From: Candidatus Kapaibacterium sp.
Lineage (GTDB): Bacteria > Bacteroidota > Ignavibacteria > Kapaibacteriales > UBA4661
DNA length: 64,000 nucleotides
Direction of reading: 5' to 3'
Assembly (NCBI GenBank): GCA_025055035.1
Contig: JANWZB010000003.1
Span: 641-64,640 of the forward strand
Of this stretch, positions 39,567 through 51,194 are shown piece after piece. The notes below the pieces were generated by a model. It saw nothing but the letters and a program-made list of their open reading frames with translations, was not told the DNA's origin and did not search any database. Position numbers and translations under genes: made by a program. Within the stretch, counting starts at the first letter, position 1; each line of letters starts with the position of its first letter.

Positions 39567-40340
39567 CTAGTAGCGGAAGTGCTTGATGCGCTCTCCTTTT
39601 TCACCGATTTCTGTCATTGCTTCGATACCTATTTGCAGATGTAAATCCACAAACTGCTCGGTAACTTTCTTATCCGATTCCTCTGTTTTTATACCTTCGG
39701 GCACCATTGGCATGTCCGACACCAGAAGCAACGCTCCGCGCGCAATCTCGTTTGCATGCCCTACAATAAACACTGTAGCAGTTTCCATATCAATCCCGAT
39801 AGCAGACAAGCGGCGTAGGCGTTCTTTAAATTCCTCGTCCCACTCCCACACACGGCGGTTTGTTGTGTACACAACTCCAGTGCGATATTCCTGGCCGTGC
39901 AGTACAATTTTATCCGATACAAATTTGTGCAGCTTAAACGACGGTAATGCTGGAACTTCTGGTGGAAGATAATCCATACTTGTTCCTTCACCACGAATAG
40001 CCGCTATAGGCAGAATAAAATGCCCAATTTCTGTCGAATCCTTAAGTCCACCACACTTACCAAGGAATAGAACACCCTTTGGCTGACGCGCAACCAACAA
40101 ATCCATGATTGTTGCAGCATTTGCAGAGCCAATGCCAAAATTGATAATAGAAAGCCCTGCGGAATTTGTTGCTGTTTGCATCGGTCGTCCGATGCCTTTA
40201 ATATCGCATCCAAATCTGTTTGCAAAGCGCACTACGTAATCATGAAAATTTGTGAGAAGAATATAATCGCCATATTCGTCAATCCTTGCTCCTGTATAGC
40301 GCGGAAGCCAATTTCGCGCAATTTCTAACTTTGTCTTCAT
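39567..40340 (-). CDS. amn: AMP nucleosidase (Bacteroidetes/Chlamydia short type)
   Basis: NWLPRYTG, ILLTNF, FLGKCGGL, RGEGTS.DY.PPEVPALPSF, IDMETAT. Confidence 0.92.
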   Translation of the reverse strand: MKTKLEIARNWLPRYTGARIDEYGDYILLTNFHDYVVRFANRFGCDIKGIGRPMQTATNSAGLSIINFGIGSANAATIMDLLVARQPKGVLFLGKCGGLKDSTEIGHFILPIAAIRGEGTSMDYLPPEVPALPSFKLHKFVSDKIVLHGQEYRTGVVYTTNRRVWEWDEEFKERLRRLSAIGIDMETATVFIVGHANEIARGALLLVSDMPMVPEGIKTEESDKKVTEQFVDLHLQIGIEAMTEIGEKGERIKHFRY

Positions 40341-40555
40341 ACAGCTATTAAATACAGTTGGTGACCTGTGCAGGAGAGGTTTGTGATTAGTGCATTATAC
40401 AGCATGTATGCGGGCGAAAATAGTGCTTTTTGAGCAGACCACAATGCTAAAAGTTGCTCTTCTATGTATGGAGGCGGTACATTTCCCGTAAAAAAGCATT
40501 ATATTATCGCATTGCGCTGTTTGTAGCAGTCAAAGGTAATCTCAAACTAAACACG

Positions 40556-41482
40556 ATGAAAGTAGTCCTTACTGGAGGAACAGGATTTATTGGCGATCAT
40601 GTGTCCCAACATCTTGCGCATCAAGAGTATGAAATTGTTGCTCTAACACGCCGAGCAGGCCAAAGCAGTCCACACGGCTTGTCTTTACGCTTTGTGCAGT
40701 GGGACGCTGAATCACTGGGCTCATGGGCACAGGAACTTGATGGCGCTGACGCCATTATTCATCTTGCAGGCGAAGGAATTTTCGACTCACGATGGACACA
40801 CGACGTGAAACATCGCATTTCCCAAAGCCGCATTAGAACAACACAACTTCTTGTGCAAGCTATTGCCCAAGCAAAGCGCCCTCCAGCATTGTTTATCTCT
40901 GCATCTGCTGTTGGATACTATGGGCATAGAAACGATGAACTTACCGATGAATCTTCTCCTGCAGGTACAGACTTCCTCGCCGATGTATGTGTGCGGTGGG
41001 AAGCTGAGGCTGCACATGCTCGACAGTACGGCGTTCGCGTTGTTCATCCTCGTCTTGGTGTTGTACTTGGTAAAAACGGTGGTGCATTAGCACGCCTCAT
41101 TCCCCTTGTTCAAGGATTTCTTGGTACGCCTCTCGGTTCAGGAAAACAGTGGTTTCCGTGGATTCACATACACGACGCTGTACGAGGCATCGTATACCCA
41201 CTGGAAGACGCTCATATTGAAGGCGCATACAATCTTGCTTCTCCCAATCCAGTACGTATGGATGACCTGTACCTTAGCCTTGGAAAGGTACTCCATCGTC
41301 CTGTTTGGACGGGATTGCATGTACCAGAATTTGCCCTACGCTTTGTGCTTGGCGAGGCTGCTGATTCCTTGCTTCATGGGCAACGCATTGTTCCTCGTGT
41401 TCTACTCGAAGCGCATTTTTCGTTCCATTATCCAGAGCTTGATCATGCTTTGGAGCAGATCATCCATACAACCAACACATAA
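40556..41482 (+). CDS. TIGR01777 (YfcH-like) epimerase/oxidoreductase
   Basis: TGGTGFIG, HLAGE.I, SASAVGYYG, FLA.VC..WE, GSG.QW.PWIH. Confidence 0.92.
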   Translation: MKVVLTGGTGFIGDHVSQHLAHQEYEIVALTRRAGQSSPHGLSLRFVQWDAESLGSWAQELDGADAIIHLAGEGIFDSRWTHDVKHRISQSRIRTTQLLVQAIAQAKRPPALFISASAVGYYGHRNDELTDESSPAGTDFLADVCVRWEAEAAHARQYGVRVVHPRLGVVLGKNGGALARLIPLVQGFLGTPLGSGKQWFPWIHIHDAVRGIVYPLEDAHIEGAYNLASPNPVRMDDLYLSLGKVLHRPVWTGLHVPEFALRFVLGEAADSLLHGQRIVPRVLLEAHFSFHYPELDHALEQIIHTTNT

Positions 41483-41493
41483 AGCTTGAACAT

Positions 41494-42609
41494 ATGGACA
41501 TCACAGAAAAAAAACTGCGAATTGACAATACCGATACTCTTATACTCTTTGGCTACAACGATAGCAACCTTCGCTTACTGGAAAATCACTTCGATGCAAC
41601 AATCATCGCGCGGGGAAATACTCTCATTCTTAAAGGTGATATCACAGAAATACGCAGCATTGAGAAGGTGCTCAATGAATTGCAGTTTATTATTCGCAGA
41701 ACAGGTACACTGACTGCAAACGACGTCTTTACAGTTATGGACTTAGTAAGTCCTAAAACGCCACTTGCAAGAGACGCTGCACGAGAAGCTGATACATCGC
41801 CTACCAACTCTTTAGCACAGCAGGCATCGTATATCCGAAACCCTGAGGAACGCATTATTTTTCTGGCGCAGGGAGAGAGTATCAAAGCCCGCACCCCTAC
41901 GCAGCAACTCTATTTTGAAAAGGTTCGCACAAACGATATCGTGTTCGGGATCGGACCAGCAGGAACAGGCAAAACATACCTAGCTGTTGCAATGGCACTT
42001 GCTCTCCTGCGCAACCGCGAAGTAAGCCGCGTTATCCTATCTCGTCCAGCGGTTGATGCTGGAGAATCTCTGGGATTTTTACCCGGGGACTATATGGAGA
42101 AAGTCGACCCGTATCTACGCCCACTGACCGACGCTTTGGCAGAAATGCTGACCCCCGATAAGCTCAAAAGTATGATGGAAAAGCGTATCGTCGAAATAAC
42201 TCCGCTTGCATACATGCGCGGAAGGACATTCAACAATTCTGTGATTATTCTCGACGAAGCACAAAACGCTACTGTTACACAAATGAAGATGTTTCTCACG
42301 CGCATGGGTCGCAACTCTAAGCTCATTATCACTGGTGATGTGACACAAATAGACCTTCCGCGACGCTCAGATTCAGGCTTAGTACAAATTCAGGAAATTC
42401 TACAGGGCATTCCGGGTATTGCATTTGTATACTTCGATAAAGGTGATGTTGTACGGCATCGCCTTGTTGCAGACATCATTGATGCATACGAGCGCTACTA
42501 TCGCAAGCACGATACTCAGCAAGAGCAGCTGTTCCCTCATCATCAATCTCATACTGCTGAAGCTCTTGCATCTGCTGTTGGTTCGTCGAACGTAAGCGTT
42601 TCGAGCTAA
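41494..42609 (+). CDS. phoH: PhoH-family ATPase
   Basis: GPAGTGKTYLA, LGFLPGD, PLAYMRGRT, DEAQN, TGD.TQIDLP, DVVRH.LV. Confidence 0.93.
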   Translation: MDITEKKLRIDNTDTLILFGYNDSNLRLLENHFDATIIARGNTLILKGDITEIRSIEKVLNELQFIIRRTGTLTANDVFTVMDLVSPKTPLARDAAREADTSPTNSLAQQASYIRNPEERIIFLAQGESIKARTPTQQLYFEKVRTNDIVFGIGPAGTGKTYLAVAMALALLRNREVSRVILSRPAVDAGESLGFLPGDYMEKVDPYLRPLTDALAEMLTPDKLKSMMEKRIVEITPLAYMRGRTFNNSVIILDEAQNATVTQMKMFLTRMGRNSKLIITGDVTQIDLPRRSDSGLVQIQEILQGIPGIAFVYFDKGDVVRHRLVADIIDAYERYYRKHDTQQEQLFPHHQSHTAEALASAVGSSNVSVSS

Positions 42610-42690
42610 CATGTCGCACACAGCCTTGTATAGTGCGGTCATCATTGCAGTAGAGGCGCTCTTTGTGTAATTTTGAAGCTCTAAGACCAT

Positions 42691-45567
42691 GTGCTTGTCA
42701 TACATCCACTGTGTGCTCCTGTGAATAAACAACCATTAGACTATTCAAGCCACAGTTTATTATTCAAAACGGCGCTCACACCTTCACCTGGACGCTTCAT
42801 TGCTATACGCGGTGCACGCCAGCATAATCTCAAGAACATCTCCCTAGACCTACCGCGCAACAAGCTGATTGTGATTACGGGCGTTAGTGGTTCAGGGAAA
42901 TCATCTCTTGCATTCGATACAATTTATGCAGAAGGCCAGCGGCGCTTTGTCGAATCGCTCTCAGCGTACGCGCGACAGTTTCTTGAGCGCATGAACAAAC
43001 CGGATGTAGATCTCATCACAGGAATTCCTCCAGCAATTGCTCTTCAGCAAAAAACTATTGCCCGAAATCCTCGCTCCACAGTTGCTACAATAACGGAAAT
43101 CTACGACTACATACGGCTTCTGTGGGGACGCATTGGCGAGACAATTTGCTATGCATCGGGTAAGGTTGTTCGCAAAGATACCCCACAGTCGGCTTTACAA
43201 GACATTTGTGCGAGTACCCAGCCCGGAGACCGTCTCTATGTCTTGTTTCCCCTACAACACACTCATACTTCCCTACATGAGAGCCTAGAGCAGGTGAAAC
43301 AGCGGGGATTTTTTAGAATTGTTGTAGGTGATGCGACTACTATTCTTGATCTCACAACCGATACTCCACTCGATATAGCTTCGCACGACAGTATCTTCGT
43401 CCTTGTTGACAGAATCGTCTTTCGCGCCGAAGCAGATACACAGACACGTCTTTTAGACTCACTTGAGCAGGCATTTTTTCACGGCAACGGTCGCTGCTAT
43501 GTGCGTAATTTGAGTGCCCACGCAGAACTACGTTTTAGCTCACTGTATGAATGTCCTACAAGCGGTATTGCCTACGATGAACCACATCCACGCTTGTTCT
43601 CGTTCAATAATCCTCTTGGCGCCTGCCCTACGTGCGAAGGTTTTGGGCGAACAATTGGTATTGATGAAGACCTTGTCGTACCTGATAAATATAAATCCCT
43701 TGCACAAGGCGCAATTGCTCCATTTCAAACACCAGCATATAGCTCATATCAAGAATCTCTACTTCGCGAAAGCAGAGAACGTGGCATCGACGTTGATAGT
43801 CCTATTGTAGCGTTGCAGCATGATGCATGGGATTTTGTTTGGAATGGCGGCGGAACATATCCGGGAGTTCGAGGATTCTTCTCGATGCTAGAGGAAAACT
43901 ACCACAAAGTGCACTACCGCGTACTGATGAGTCGCTATCGAGGATACACGCGTTGCCCAGATTGTGGTGGTTCACGCCTTAAGCTCTCTGCTCGGCAAGT
44001 TTTTGTTGGTGGCAAAAACATTCCCACTGTTATACAAATGACGCTCCAAGAAGCGCTAGAATTTTTCGCCACGATACCTATATGCGAATCCCAACGCACC
44101 GTCGCAGAGCGCATCATACAAGAAATCACTGTGCGCTTGGAACTATTAAATCACATGGGCTTAGGCTACCTTACACTCGACCGCCTAGCACATACATTGT
44201 CGGGTGGCGAAGTTCAACGCATCAATCTCGCAACCTCAATTGGCTCGTCGCTTGTTGGTGCACTCTACGTCCTAGATGAGCCAAGCATTGGCCTGCACCC
44301 ACGCGATACAGACCGCATGATAGCAGTATTGGAACGACTGCGTAATCTTGGAAACACGGTGCTTGTCGTTGAACATGACCAAGATATTATGCGCCGCGCC
44401 GATATGCTTGTGGATATGGGACCGCGTGCTGGCGAGCACGGTGGAGCGGTTGTGTTTCAGGGTTCACCGCATGATATTCTTCACCATCCCAACTCTCTAA
44501 CTGGACAGTACTTGTCAGGAGCTATGCATATTCCTGTGCCCCGCCACCGAAATACAGGTCATGGCACAGCACTTCTTATTAAAGGAGCACGAGAACACAA
44601 CCTGAAAAACATTGATGTACGGATTCCGCTCGGCATGATGGTTGCAGTTACTGGTGTGAGTGGTTCAGGGAAATCAACCCTTGTGCATGATGTTCTATAC
44701 AATGGATTGCTGCAGAAGCTTGGCGCACCAGTACAGAGTGTCGGCAAGCACGACGACATTGTTGGTGTGGAGCATCTTCAGCACGTTGAAATGGTTGACC
44801 AATCTCCAATTGGTAAATCACCACGCTCGACACCGGCTACATACACCAAAGCATTTGATGCTATTCGTGAGTTATATGCCTCTACCCAAGCCGCAAAGCA
44901 GCTCGGATGGAAGCCTGGAGCATTCTCGTTCAACATTCCGGGCGGACGCTGTGAGACGTGTCAGGGCGAAGGTATGGTGAAAATCGAAATGCAGTTCTTG
45001 GCAGACCTGTACCTCGAATGCGAGGAATGTCGCGGAACGCGCTATAAGAAAGAAGTGCATCATATTCAGTGGCATGGGAAATCTATCGTTGACGTGCTGA
45101 GCATGACTATTGACGAAGCAGCAGAATTTTTTGCAGGAGAAGAGCGCATTACCGCACGCCTCTCTGCACTGCAAAAGGTTGGCTTAGGATACATGCGTAT
45201 GGGTCAGCCTGCAACTATGCTTTCGGGTGGCGAAGCACAGCGTATTAAGCTTGCTGCACACCTCTATGACAAAGGCACTGCATCGACCTTGTTTATCTTC
45301 GATGAACCAACTACAGGACTACACTTCGATGACATCGCCAAGCTCATCGTATGCTTCCAGGAGCTTGTTGCACGTGGACACTCCCTTGTAATCGTTGAGC
45401 ACAATACTGATGTTATGAAATGTGCTGATTGGATTATTGACCTCGGACCTGAGGCAGGAGACAACGGTGGCAGAATCGTCGCCGAAGGCACTCCAGAGAG
45501 TGTTGCTTCTGTTCAAGCATCTCACACAGGACGATTTTTGCAGAAAATTTTGTTGCAACGATCGTAG
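42691..45567 (+). CDS. uvrA: Excinuclease ABC subunit A (UvrA2-type)
   Basis: [30 protein letters not shown], two LSGGE.QRI signatures, second Walker A. Confidence 0.95.
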   Translation: MLVIHPLCAPVNKQPLDYSSHSLLFKTALTPSPGRFIAIRGARQHNLKNISLDLPRNKLIVITGVSGSGKSSLAFDTIYAEGQRRFVESLSAYARQFLERMNKPDVDLITGIPPAIALQQKTIARNPRSTVATITEIYDYIRLLWGRIGETICYASGKVVRKDTPQSALQDICASTQPGDRLYVLFPLQHTHTSLHESLEQVKQRGFFRIVVGDATTILDLTTDTPLDIASHDSIFVLVDRIVFRAEADTQTRLLDSLEQAFFHGNGRCYVRNLSAHAELRFSSLYECPTSGIAYDEPHPRLFSFNNPLGACPTCEGFGRTIGIDEDLVVPDKYKSLAQGAIAPFQTPAYSSYQESLLRESRERGIDVDSPIVALQHDAWDFVWNGGGTYPGVRGFFSMLEENYHKVHYRVLMSRYRGYTRCPDCGGSRLKLSARQVFVGGKNIPTVIQMTLQEALEFFATIPICESQRTVAERIIQEITVRLELLNHMGLGYLTLDRLAHTLSGGEVQRINLATSIGSSLVGALYVLDEPSIGLHPRDTDRMIAVLERLRNLGNTVLVVEHDQDIMRRADMLVDMGPRAGEHGGAVVFQGSPHDILHHPNSLTGQYLSGAMHIPVPRHRNTGHGTALLIKGAREHNLKNIDVRIPLGMMVAVTGVSGSGKSTLVHDVLYNGLLQKLGAPVQSVGKHDDIVGVEHLQHVEMVDQSPIGKSPRSTPATYTKAFDAIRELYASTQAAKQLGWKPGAFSFNIPGGRCETCQGEGMVKIEMQFLADLYLECEECRGTRYKKEVHHIQWHGKSIVDVLSMTIDEAAEFFAGEERITARLSALQKVGLGYMRMGQPATMLSGGEAQRIKLAAHLYDKGTASTLFIFDEPTTGLHFDDIAKLIVCFQELVARGHSLVIVEHNTDVMKCADWIIDLGPEAGDNGGRIVAEGTPESVASVQASHTGRFLQKILLQRS

Positions 45568-45633
45568 GCAGTATATACTTCTCTATCTCCAACATTCCGT
45601 ATTTACTTTTTGACAACCCTTACATCTGTCGCT

Positions 45634-48246
45634 ATGTATCCTTCACACGATTGTGTCTCTACTACACGTTGCATTACTGTATGGCTAGCATTGGTATTTA
45701 TGTGGTTTTTCCCTGTAGCTGTTATCTATGCTCAACCACTAGAACCAATGCATGCAGCCAAAATTCACCATGCACTCCGCAAGTTGAATACGTTAGGAAG
45801 TGTGCTGTATATTGCAGCACATCCAGATGACGAGAATACAGCGTTTATAGCCTACTGCTCAACAGAACGCATGCTCCGCACGACGTACCTGTCGCTTACA
45901 CGCGGCGATGGCGGTCAGAATATTATTGGTAGTGAGCAATCTGAGCTTCTTGGGATTATTCGCACGCAAGAGCTATTAGCAGCACGCCGTATAGATGGTG
46001 GAGAACAGATGTTTACTCGTGCTATAGACTTTGGCTATTCCAAAACTCCAGAGGAAACACTAAGCATCTGGGGCAAAGAGCGAATACTCGCTGATGTGGT
46101 ATGGGCTATCCGCAAAACGCGACCTGACGTCGTTGTTACCCGATTTCCCGCAACGGGTGAAGGCGGACACGGGCATCACACAGCTTCCGCGCTGTTAGCG
46201 ATGGAAGCATACAACGCTGCTGCTGACCCTAGCCGCTTTCCTGAACAGCTTCAGTACGTCAAAGTCTGGAAGCCTAAACGCCTATTGTGGAATGCATGGC
46301 TTCCTATCCTTGAGTCTCGCAAAGCGCATTTGCCGAGCTACTTCCCACTGAATCTCAACGTCTATAATCCTTTGCTTGGCAAATCTGCTACAGAACTTGC
46401 TGCAGAGAGTCGCTCTATGCACAAAAGTCAGGGCTTTGGTTCTAGCCCACTGCGAGGAGAAGCTATCAATTACTTCGAGCACCTTGCTGGCGACTCAGCA
46501 ATAGGAGATATTTTCTCGGGTATTGATATATCGTGGAATCGCATCAAAGGTGGAGCAGAGATTAGAACACTTATTGAGCAAGCACAGCGAGAATTTCGTC
46601 CAGAACAACCATCACATATTCTCTCTCTGCTTGGGAGAATATACCAAGCCATGAATGCCCTGCAAAAATCCACTGGTGAATCTTTCTGGATTCCACAAAA
46701 GCGCAGAGAGCTGCTCGACATTATCCGCTCATGCAGTGGTATGTGGATAGAAGCTATTGCGCATAACCAACCACAGCAGGGAGAAACAGGATTTTCTGGT
46801 GTTCCGGGTGGAGTAGTACGTATCTCTGCCTCGATTGTTAATCGCTCCCCAGCAAAGCTCATTCTTAGGCGCGTCCTCTTCCCGTTTGCAGGCGATTCGC
46901 TTGTAAACAAACAATTGCTGCAAGACACTTACCAGACAATTACCGTAACAAAGACTATCCCTGCCTCTACACCGATTTCTCAGCCATACTGGCTACGCCT
47001 GCCGCCAAGTAATGGTGCATATACTATTGAACATCAAACTCTTATTGGTCAAGCAGAAAACTCCCCTACCCTCGAAGTGTCGTTTGTTGTTGTTATCGAC
47101 GATGAAGAACTGCAATTCACCGTTCCTGTGCTGCATCGTCGAACAGACCGTGTGATGGGCGAAGTGTACCGCCCTTTTATTATTGTTCCTCCCGTTGCAC
47201 TACATATGCCACAGCGCTCGTGGATTTTTCCTGATACCTCAGCAAGGGAAGTACGAGTCATTATACAAGCTAATGCTCCAGCATTGACGGGAGTAGTACG
47301 GCTGCGCTTGCCCTCAGGCTGGACTGCCTCGCCGAATCAGCTATCATTTAGCTTGGCAAATAAAGGCGATGAAATGCAGGCTTCTTTTCGTGTCAATCCG
47401 CCTCCAATGCCAATACCAACGTACTCCAGTGAAACCTTGTTAGCAGAAGCTGTGATTGGCACAAAAGCAAGTATCACGACTCATCACGACATGATTACTA
47501 TTGCGTACCCCCATATTCCCACTCAAGTAGTTTTCCCGGAAGCTAGGGCGCGTCTTACACGCATCGATCTACGTGCAACAGTGAAGTCTATTGGCTACAT
47601 TGACGGGGCGAGCGATAATATCGCAGAATACCTGAAACAATGTGGCTTTCATGTTACACTGCTTTCCGATGATGAGATTGAAACTGGCGATCTCTCTCGA
47701 TATGATGCCATCGTTGCAGGGGTACGTGTGTACAACGACAACGCACGACCACGCCTACGTCAACAATATCAGCGCCTTATGGACTATATTGCCAATGGCG
47801 GCACGATGATAGTCCAGTACCAACTTGCAAGCGGTCTTATAACTGACAAAATTGGTCCTTACCCTTTCACCATTTCTCGCGAACGTGTTACCCAAGAAGA
47901 TGCTCCGGTGCACATTCTCAAACCTGAGCATCCCGTGCTCACCACACCGAATCTCATTACCCAAGAAGACTTTCAAGGCTGGGTACAGGAACGGGGCTTA
48001 TACTTTGCAAGCACATGGGATAACCGCTATGAACCGCTCCTCGCGTGCAATGATGCAGGCGAACCTGAAAGAAAAGGAGGGATTCTGTTTGCACGGTATG
48101 GGAAAGGTGTCTTCATATACACTGGATATGCATGGTTTCGTCAGCTTCCTTCAGGCGTGCCGGGTGCATATCGTCTGTTCACAAATTTACTGCATGCAGC
48201 TCACACACTTCGTACCACCACGTCTCCAACGGAGAGTAATAAGTAG
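45634..48246 (+). CDS. Secreted PIG-L/LmbE-family deacetylase with Ig-like and C-terminal GATase-like domains
   Basis: AAHPDDE, TRGDGGQN..G.E, DFGYSK, GHGHH, HKSQGFG, WVQERGLYF, FRQLP.GVPGAYRL. Confidence 0.9.
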   Translation: MYPSHDCVSTTRCITVWLALVFMWFFPVAVIYAQPLEPMHAAKIHHALRKLNTLGSVLYIAAHPDDENTAFIAYCSTERMLRTTYLSLTRGDGGQNIIGSEQSELLGIIRTQELLAARRIDGGEQMFTRAIDFGYSKTPEETLSIWGKERILADVVWAIRKTRPDVVVTRFPATGEGGHGHHTASALLAMEAYNAAADPSRFPEQLQYVKVWKPKRLLWNAWLPILESRKAHLPSYFPLNLNVYNPLLGKSATELAAESRSMHKSQGFGSSPLRGEAINYFEHLAGDSAIGDIFSGIDISWNRIKGGAEIRTLIEQAQREFRPEQPSHILSLLGRIYQAMNALQKSTGESFWIPQKRRELLDIIRSCSGMWIEAIAHNQPQQGETGFSGVPGGVVRISASIVNRSPAKLILRRVLFPFAGDSLVNKQLLQDTYQTITVTKTIPASTPISQPYWLRLPPSNGAYTIEHQTLIGQAENSPTLEVSFVVVIDDEELQFTVPVLHRRTDRVMGEVYRPFIIVPPVALHMPQRSWIFPDTSAREVRVIIQANAPALTGVVRLRLPSGWTASPNQLSFSLANKGDEMQASFRVNPPPMPIPTYSSETLLAEAVIGTKASITTHHDMITIAYPHIPTQVVFPEARARLTRIDLRATVKSIGYIDGASDNIAEYLKQCGFHVTLLSDDEIETGDLSRYDAIVAGVRVYNDNARPRLRQQYQRLMDYIANGGTMIVQYQLASGLITDKIGPYPFTISRERVTQEDAPVHILKPEHPVLTTPNLITQEDFQGWVQERGLYFASTWDNRYEPLLACNDAGEPERKGGILFARYGKGVFIYTGYAWFRQLPSGVPGAYRLFTNLLHAAHTLRTTTSPTESNK

Positions 48247-48323
48247 ATGCGCAGCATACCTTCGTACTAATATCTGAGTATCCCTGCTTGCTGCAGTTTT
48301 TACTCACACATACTCGTTTGGCA

Positions 48324-49784
48324 ATGAGCACAGTTCCTTCAAGCAATGCCGCTCCATTTACCTACAATGACCTTGTAAACATATTCGGTGCATCTGCATG
48401 TGCATCTTTGAGCAGAGAATTTCAGTGTGTAGGAATCTCGACTGACACACGTACTCTCGAGCCAGGCAATCTGTTTGTTGCGCTCCAAGGACAGCGCTTC
48501 GATGGTCATACACACGTTCAGGAAGCCTTGCAAAAAGGGGCAGCAGGGGCAATTATCGAAAACCATGCGTGGACAGGAATCATGGATTCTTCCGCACCCT
48601 TGATTCTTGTTCCTAGTACTCTTCAGGCATTGGGAATGCTGGGGAATACCCATCGCCGACGTTTTTCCTTGCCCGTCATAGCAGTAGCTGGCTCGGCAGG
48701 CAAGACCACGACAAAAGACATTGCAGCTTGGGTTCTCAGTGCACGGCACGTTGTGCTGAAAACCGAAGAAAACTTCAATAACCGCATAGGCGTGCCGTTG
48801 ACGCTGCTGCAGCTTACCTCAGAGCATACAGCAGCTGTCATTGAAATTGGCACAAATGCAGTAGGCGAAATAGGAACACTTGCTCATATCGTCGCACCAA
48901 CACATGGCATCATTACTACTATTGGCAAAGAACATCTTGAAAACCTTCTAAGCGAAGACGGCGTAGAAGAAGAAGAAACAGCATTATTGCGATATCTCGA
49001 GCAGCATGGAGGTACAGCACTTATCAATATGAATGATGAGCGCCTGCAGCGCTACTGTAATCCTGGATGGATACAGTATGGACTTGTAGAGCAGTCTCCT
49101 ACATTCGATGTAAGTGCCTACTATACTGTACACCATACCTATTCTTTGCTGCATATTGTCTATCGCGACTCGAATACAATGTCCTGCACAGCGCGCCTGC
49201 CACATGTGGGGATTATTGGAATGCGCAACGCTCTGGCAGCAGCAGCTATTGGATTCGCGTTAGGGCTAGACAGCGAGACCATTTGCCAGCGCCTTGAAAG
49301 CTTTCAGCCCAAAACTTCACCAGAAGGATATGGGCGCATGGTTATAGAACACTGTACATTTTCAGGAAACCGTAGCATTACTCTCATCAATGACTGCTAC
49401 AATGCTAACCCAACATCCATGCATGCTGCTCTTGATACTCTACGTGATTATCATGCCGTTCGCAAGCTTGCTTTGCTGGGAGACATGCTTGAGCTAGGAA
49501 GTTCTTCAGCATACGAACATGATACTCTTCTCGAGCTGTTGAATTCCGCAGAATGGCTGTATGTCGGTATTCTGACAGGAGAAGAAATGCAAGCAGCATA
49601 CACGCGACATATGAAATACTGTACCAGTACATCAAAGCTTCTATACGCATCCTCAATACTAGAAGCTGTACAGATGCTTTCTGCGTGTCTTCATACAGGC
49701 GATGTTCTTCTCGTAAAGGGCTCACGCGCCTTGCGCTTGGAGCGCGCCATTGCTCTTCTGCGGACGCCAGCTGGTGTAACGTAG
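48324..49784 (+). CDS. murF: UDP-MurNAc-tripeptide--D-Ala-D-Ala ligase
   Basis: STDTR, G.RFDGH, GSAGKTTTK, NN.IGVPLTL, DCYNANP.SM, GDMLELG, KGSR. Confidence 0.95.
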   Translation: MSTVPSSNAAPFTYNDLVNIFGASACASLSREFQCVGISTDTRTLEPGNLFVALQGQRFDGHTHVQEALQKGAAGAIIENHAWTGIMDSSAPLILVPSTLQALGMLGNTHRRRFSLPVIAVAGSAGKTTTKDIAAWVLSARHVVLKTEENFNNRIGVPLTLLQLTSEHTAAVIEIGTNAVGEIGTLAHIVAPTHGIITTIGKEHLENLLSEDGVEEEETALLRYLEQHGGTALINMNDERLQRYCNPGWIQYGLVEQSPTFDVSAYYTVHHTYSLLHIVYRDSNTMSCTARLPHVGIIGMRNALAAAAIGFALGLDSETICQRLESFQPKTSPEGYGRMVIEHCTFSGNRSITLINDCYNANPTSMHAALDTLRDYHAVRKLALLGDMLELGSSSAYEHDTLLELLNSAEWLYVGILTGEEMQAAYTRHMKYCTSTSKLLYASSILEAVQMLSACLHTGDVLLVKGSRALRLERAIALLRTPAGVT

Positions 49785-49864
49785 GCTCGTAGTACTTGCA
49801 TGCAATACCTGACTTTTTAGACCATCAGCACAGCTAGCTGTTTCACCTCATTCTCTACCGTTCT

Positions 49865-50317
49865 ATGAACACAGTACTCGACATCCGTGCTATTCTTGAT
49901 GCAATGCCTCATCGCTACCCATTTTTGCTGGTTGATAGAATCACTGAAATTCACCACGAAGAGCGTCGCATCGTCGGCTATAAAAATGTTACCTTTAACG
50001 AACACTTCTTCCAAGGTCATTTTCCAGGACGACCAATTATGCCCGGAGTTCTTATCATTGAAGCTATGGCGCAAACAGGCGGATTACTGCTCATGCAATT
50101 ACCTCATGTGTCATTCGACCCTGCATCAAAGCTCGTGTTTTTTACGGGAATTACTAATGCAAAGTTTCGTAAACCTGTCGTTCCGGGTGACCAAGTGTTC
50201 TTTGATGTTACCATGCTACGCCAACGCTTGAATACCTTTCAAATGGCAGCAAAGGCATTAGTTCTTAATGAGCTTGTCGCAGAAGCAGAACTCATGGCAG
50301 CGGTTGTTGACAGATAG
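49865..50317 (+). CDS. fabZ: 3-hydroxyacyl-ACP dehydratase
   Basis: PHRYPFLLVDR, KNVTFNE.FFQGHFP..P.MPGVLI.EAMAQ, FRKPV.PGD. Confidence 0.97.
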   Translation: MNTVLDIRAILDAMPHRYPFLLVDRITEIHHEERRIVGYKNVTFNEHFFQGHFPGRPIMPGVLIIEAMAQTGGLLLMQLPHVSFDPASKLVFFTGITNAKFRKPVVPGDQVFFDVTMLRQRLNTFQMAAKALVLNELVAEAELMAAVVDR

Positions 50318-50393
50318 AGCTGTTGTATTCAAACATTTTGCTGAAAAAGCATGGCATCACATAATGACACTGCATAAGGATTAAAGTATATAT

Positions 50394-51194
50394 ATGCGCG
50401 CAGTAGTTACTGTTAAGGTAGGAGGAAATGTCCTCGATGACGACACGCTGTGTTCATTGCTGTTGGACAGCCTTGCATCGTTGGGATTACCATGGATACT
50501 TGTTCACGGGGGTGGCAAATGTGCTACAGAACTTAGTACTCGTCTAGGCATTCAAACCAACATGATAGATGGTCGGCGAATTACCGACGCAGCAACCCTC
50601 GATATTGTAACAATGGTCTATGCTGGCCTTATCAATAAACGCTTGGTTGCTGGGTTACAAGCACGCGGAATCAATGCCCTTGGCGTTACTGGCGCAGATG
50701 CTAATCTCATTTGTGCCCGCAAGCGACAGCATCCTACACTTGATTATGGATTTGTAGGCGATATTGCTCGTGTCGATGTGGAGCGCTTGCTCGCAATGCT
50801 CCATACCAAGCTTTATCCAGTCATTGCCCCATTAACACATGATGGTCGAGGAACACTGCTAAATACAAATGCCGATACAATCGCTTCCGAACTTGCTTCA
50901 TCGCTTGCTACAGCGCTGGGGAATAGTGTACCAGTCCATCTCATTTATTGCTTTGAACAGCCCGGTGTCCTTCGCACTCTTGATGACTCTACATCAGTTA
51001 TTGGTTTGCTGACCAACAAAGAATACGAAGAGCTCAAGCGCTCTGGCAACATTACTCGTGGCATGATTCCTAAACTCGATAATGCATTTGCTGCTCTACG
51101 GCGAGGCGTTACTTCCGTAAATATTGCTCATGCTCGTGCACTGTCCTCGTTCACAACAACGCCTTCTATCGGAACAACACTCACACTTGCATGA
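50394..51194 (+). CDS. argB: Acetylglutamate kinase
   Basis: VKVGG, VHGGG, GRRITD, LLNTNADT, GMIPKL. Confidence 0.94.
   Translation: MRAVVTVKVGGNVLDDDTLCSLLLDSLASLGLPWILVHGGGKCATELSTRLGIQTNMIDGRRITDAATLDIVTMVYAGLINKRLVAGLQARGINALGVTGADANLICARKRQHPTLDYGFVGDIARVDVERLLAMLHTKLYPVIAPLTHDGRGTLLNTNADTIASELASSLATALGNSVPVHLIYCFEQPGVLRTLDDSTSVIGLLTNKEYEELKRSGNITRGMIPKLDNAFAALRRGVTSVNIAHARALSSFTTTPSIGTTLTLA

Noticed and set aside
49785..49865. Possible remnant of an LpxC-FabZ fusion upstream of fabZ
   Set aside because: Only 80 bp after murF with no LpxC-like sequence; fabZ is a normal standalone gene
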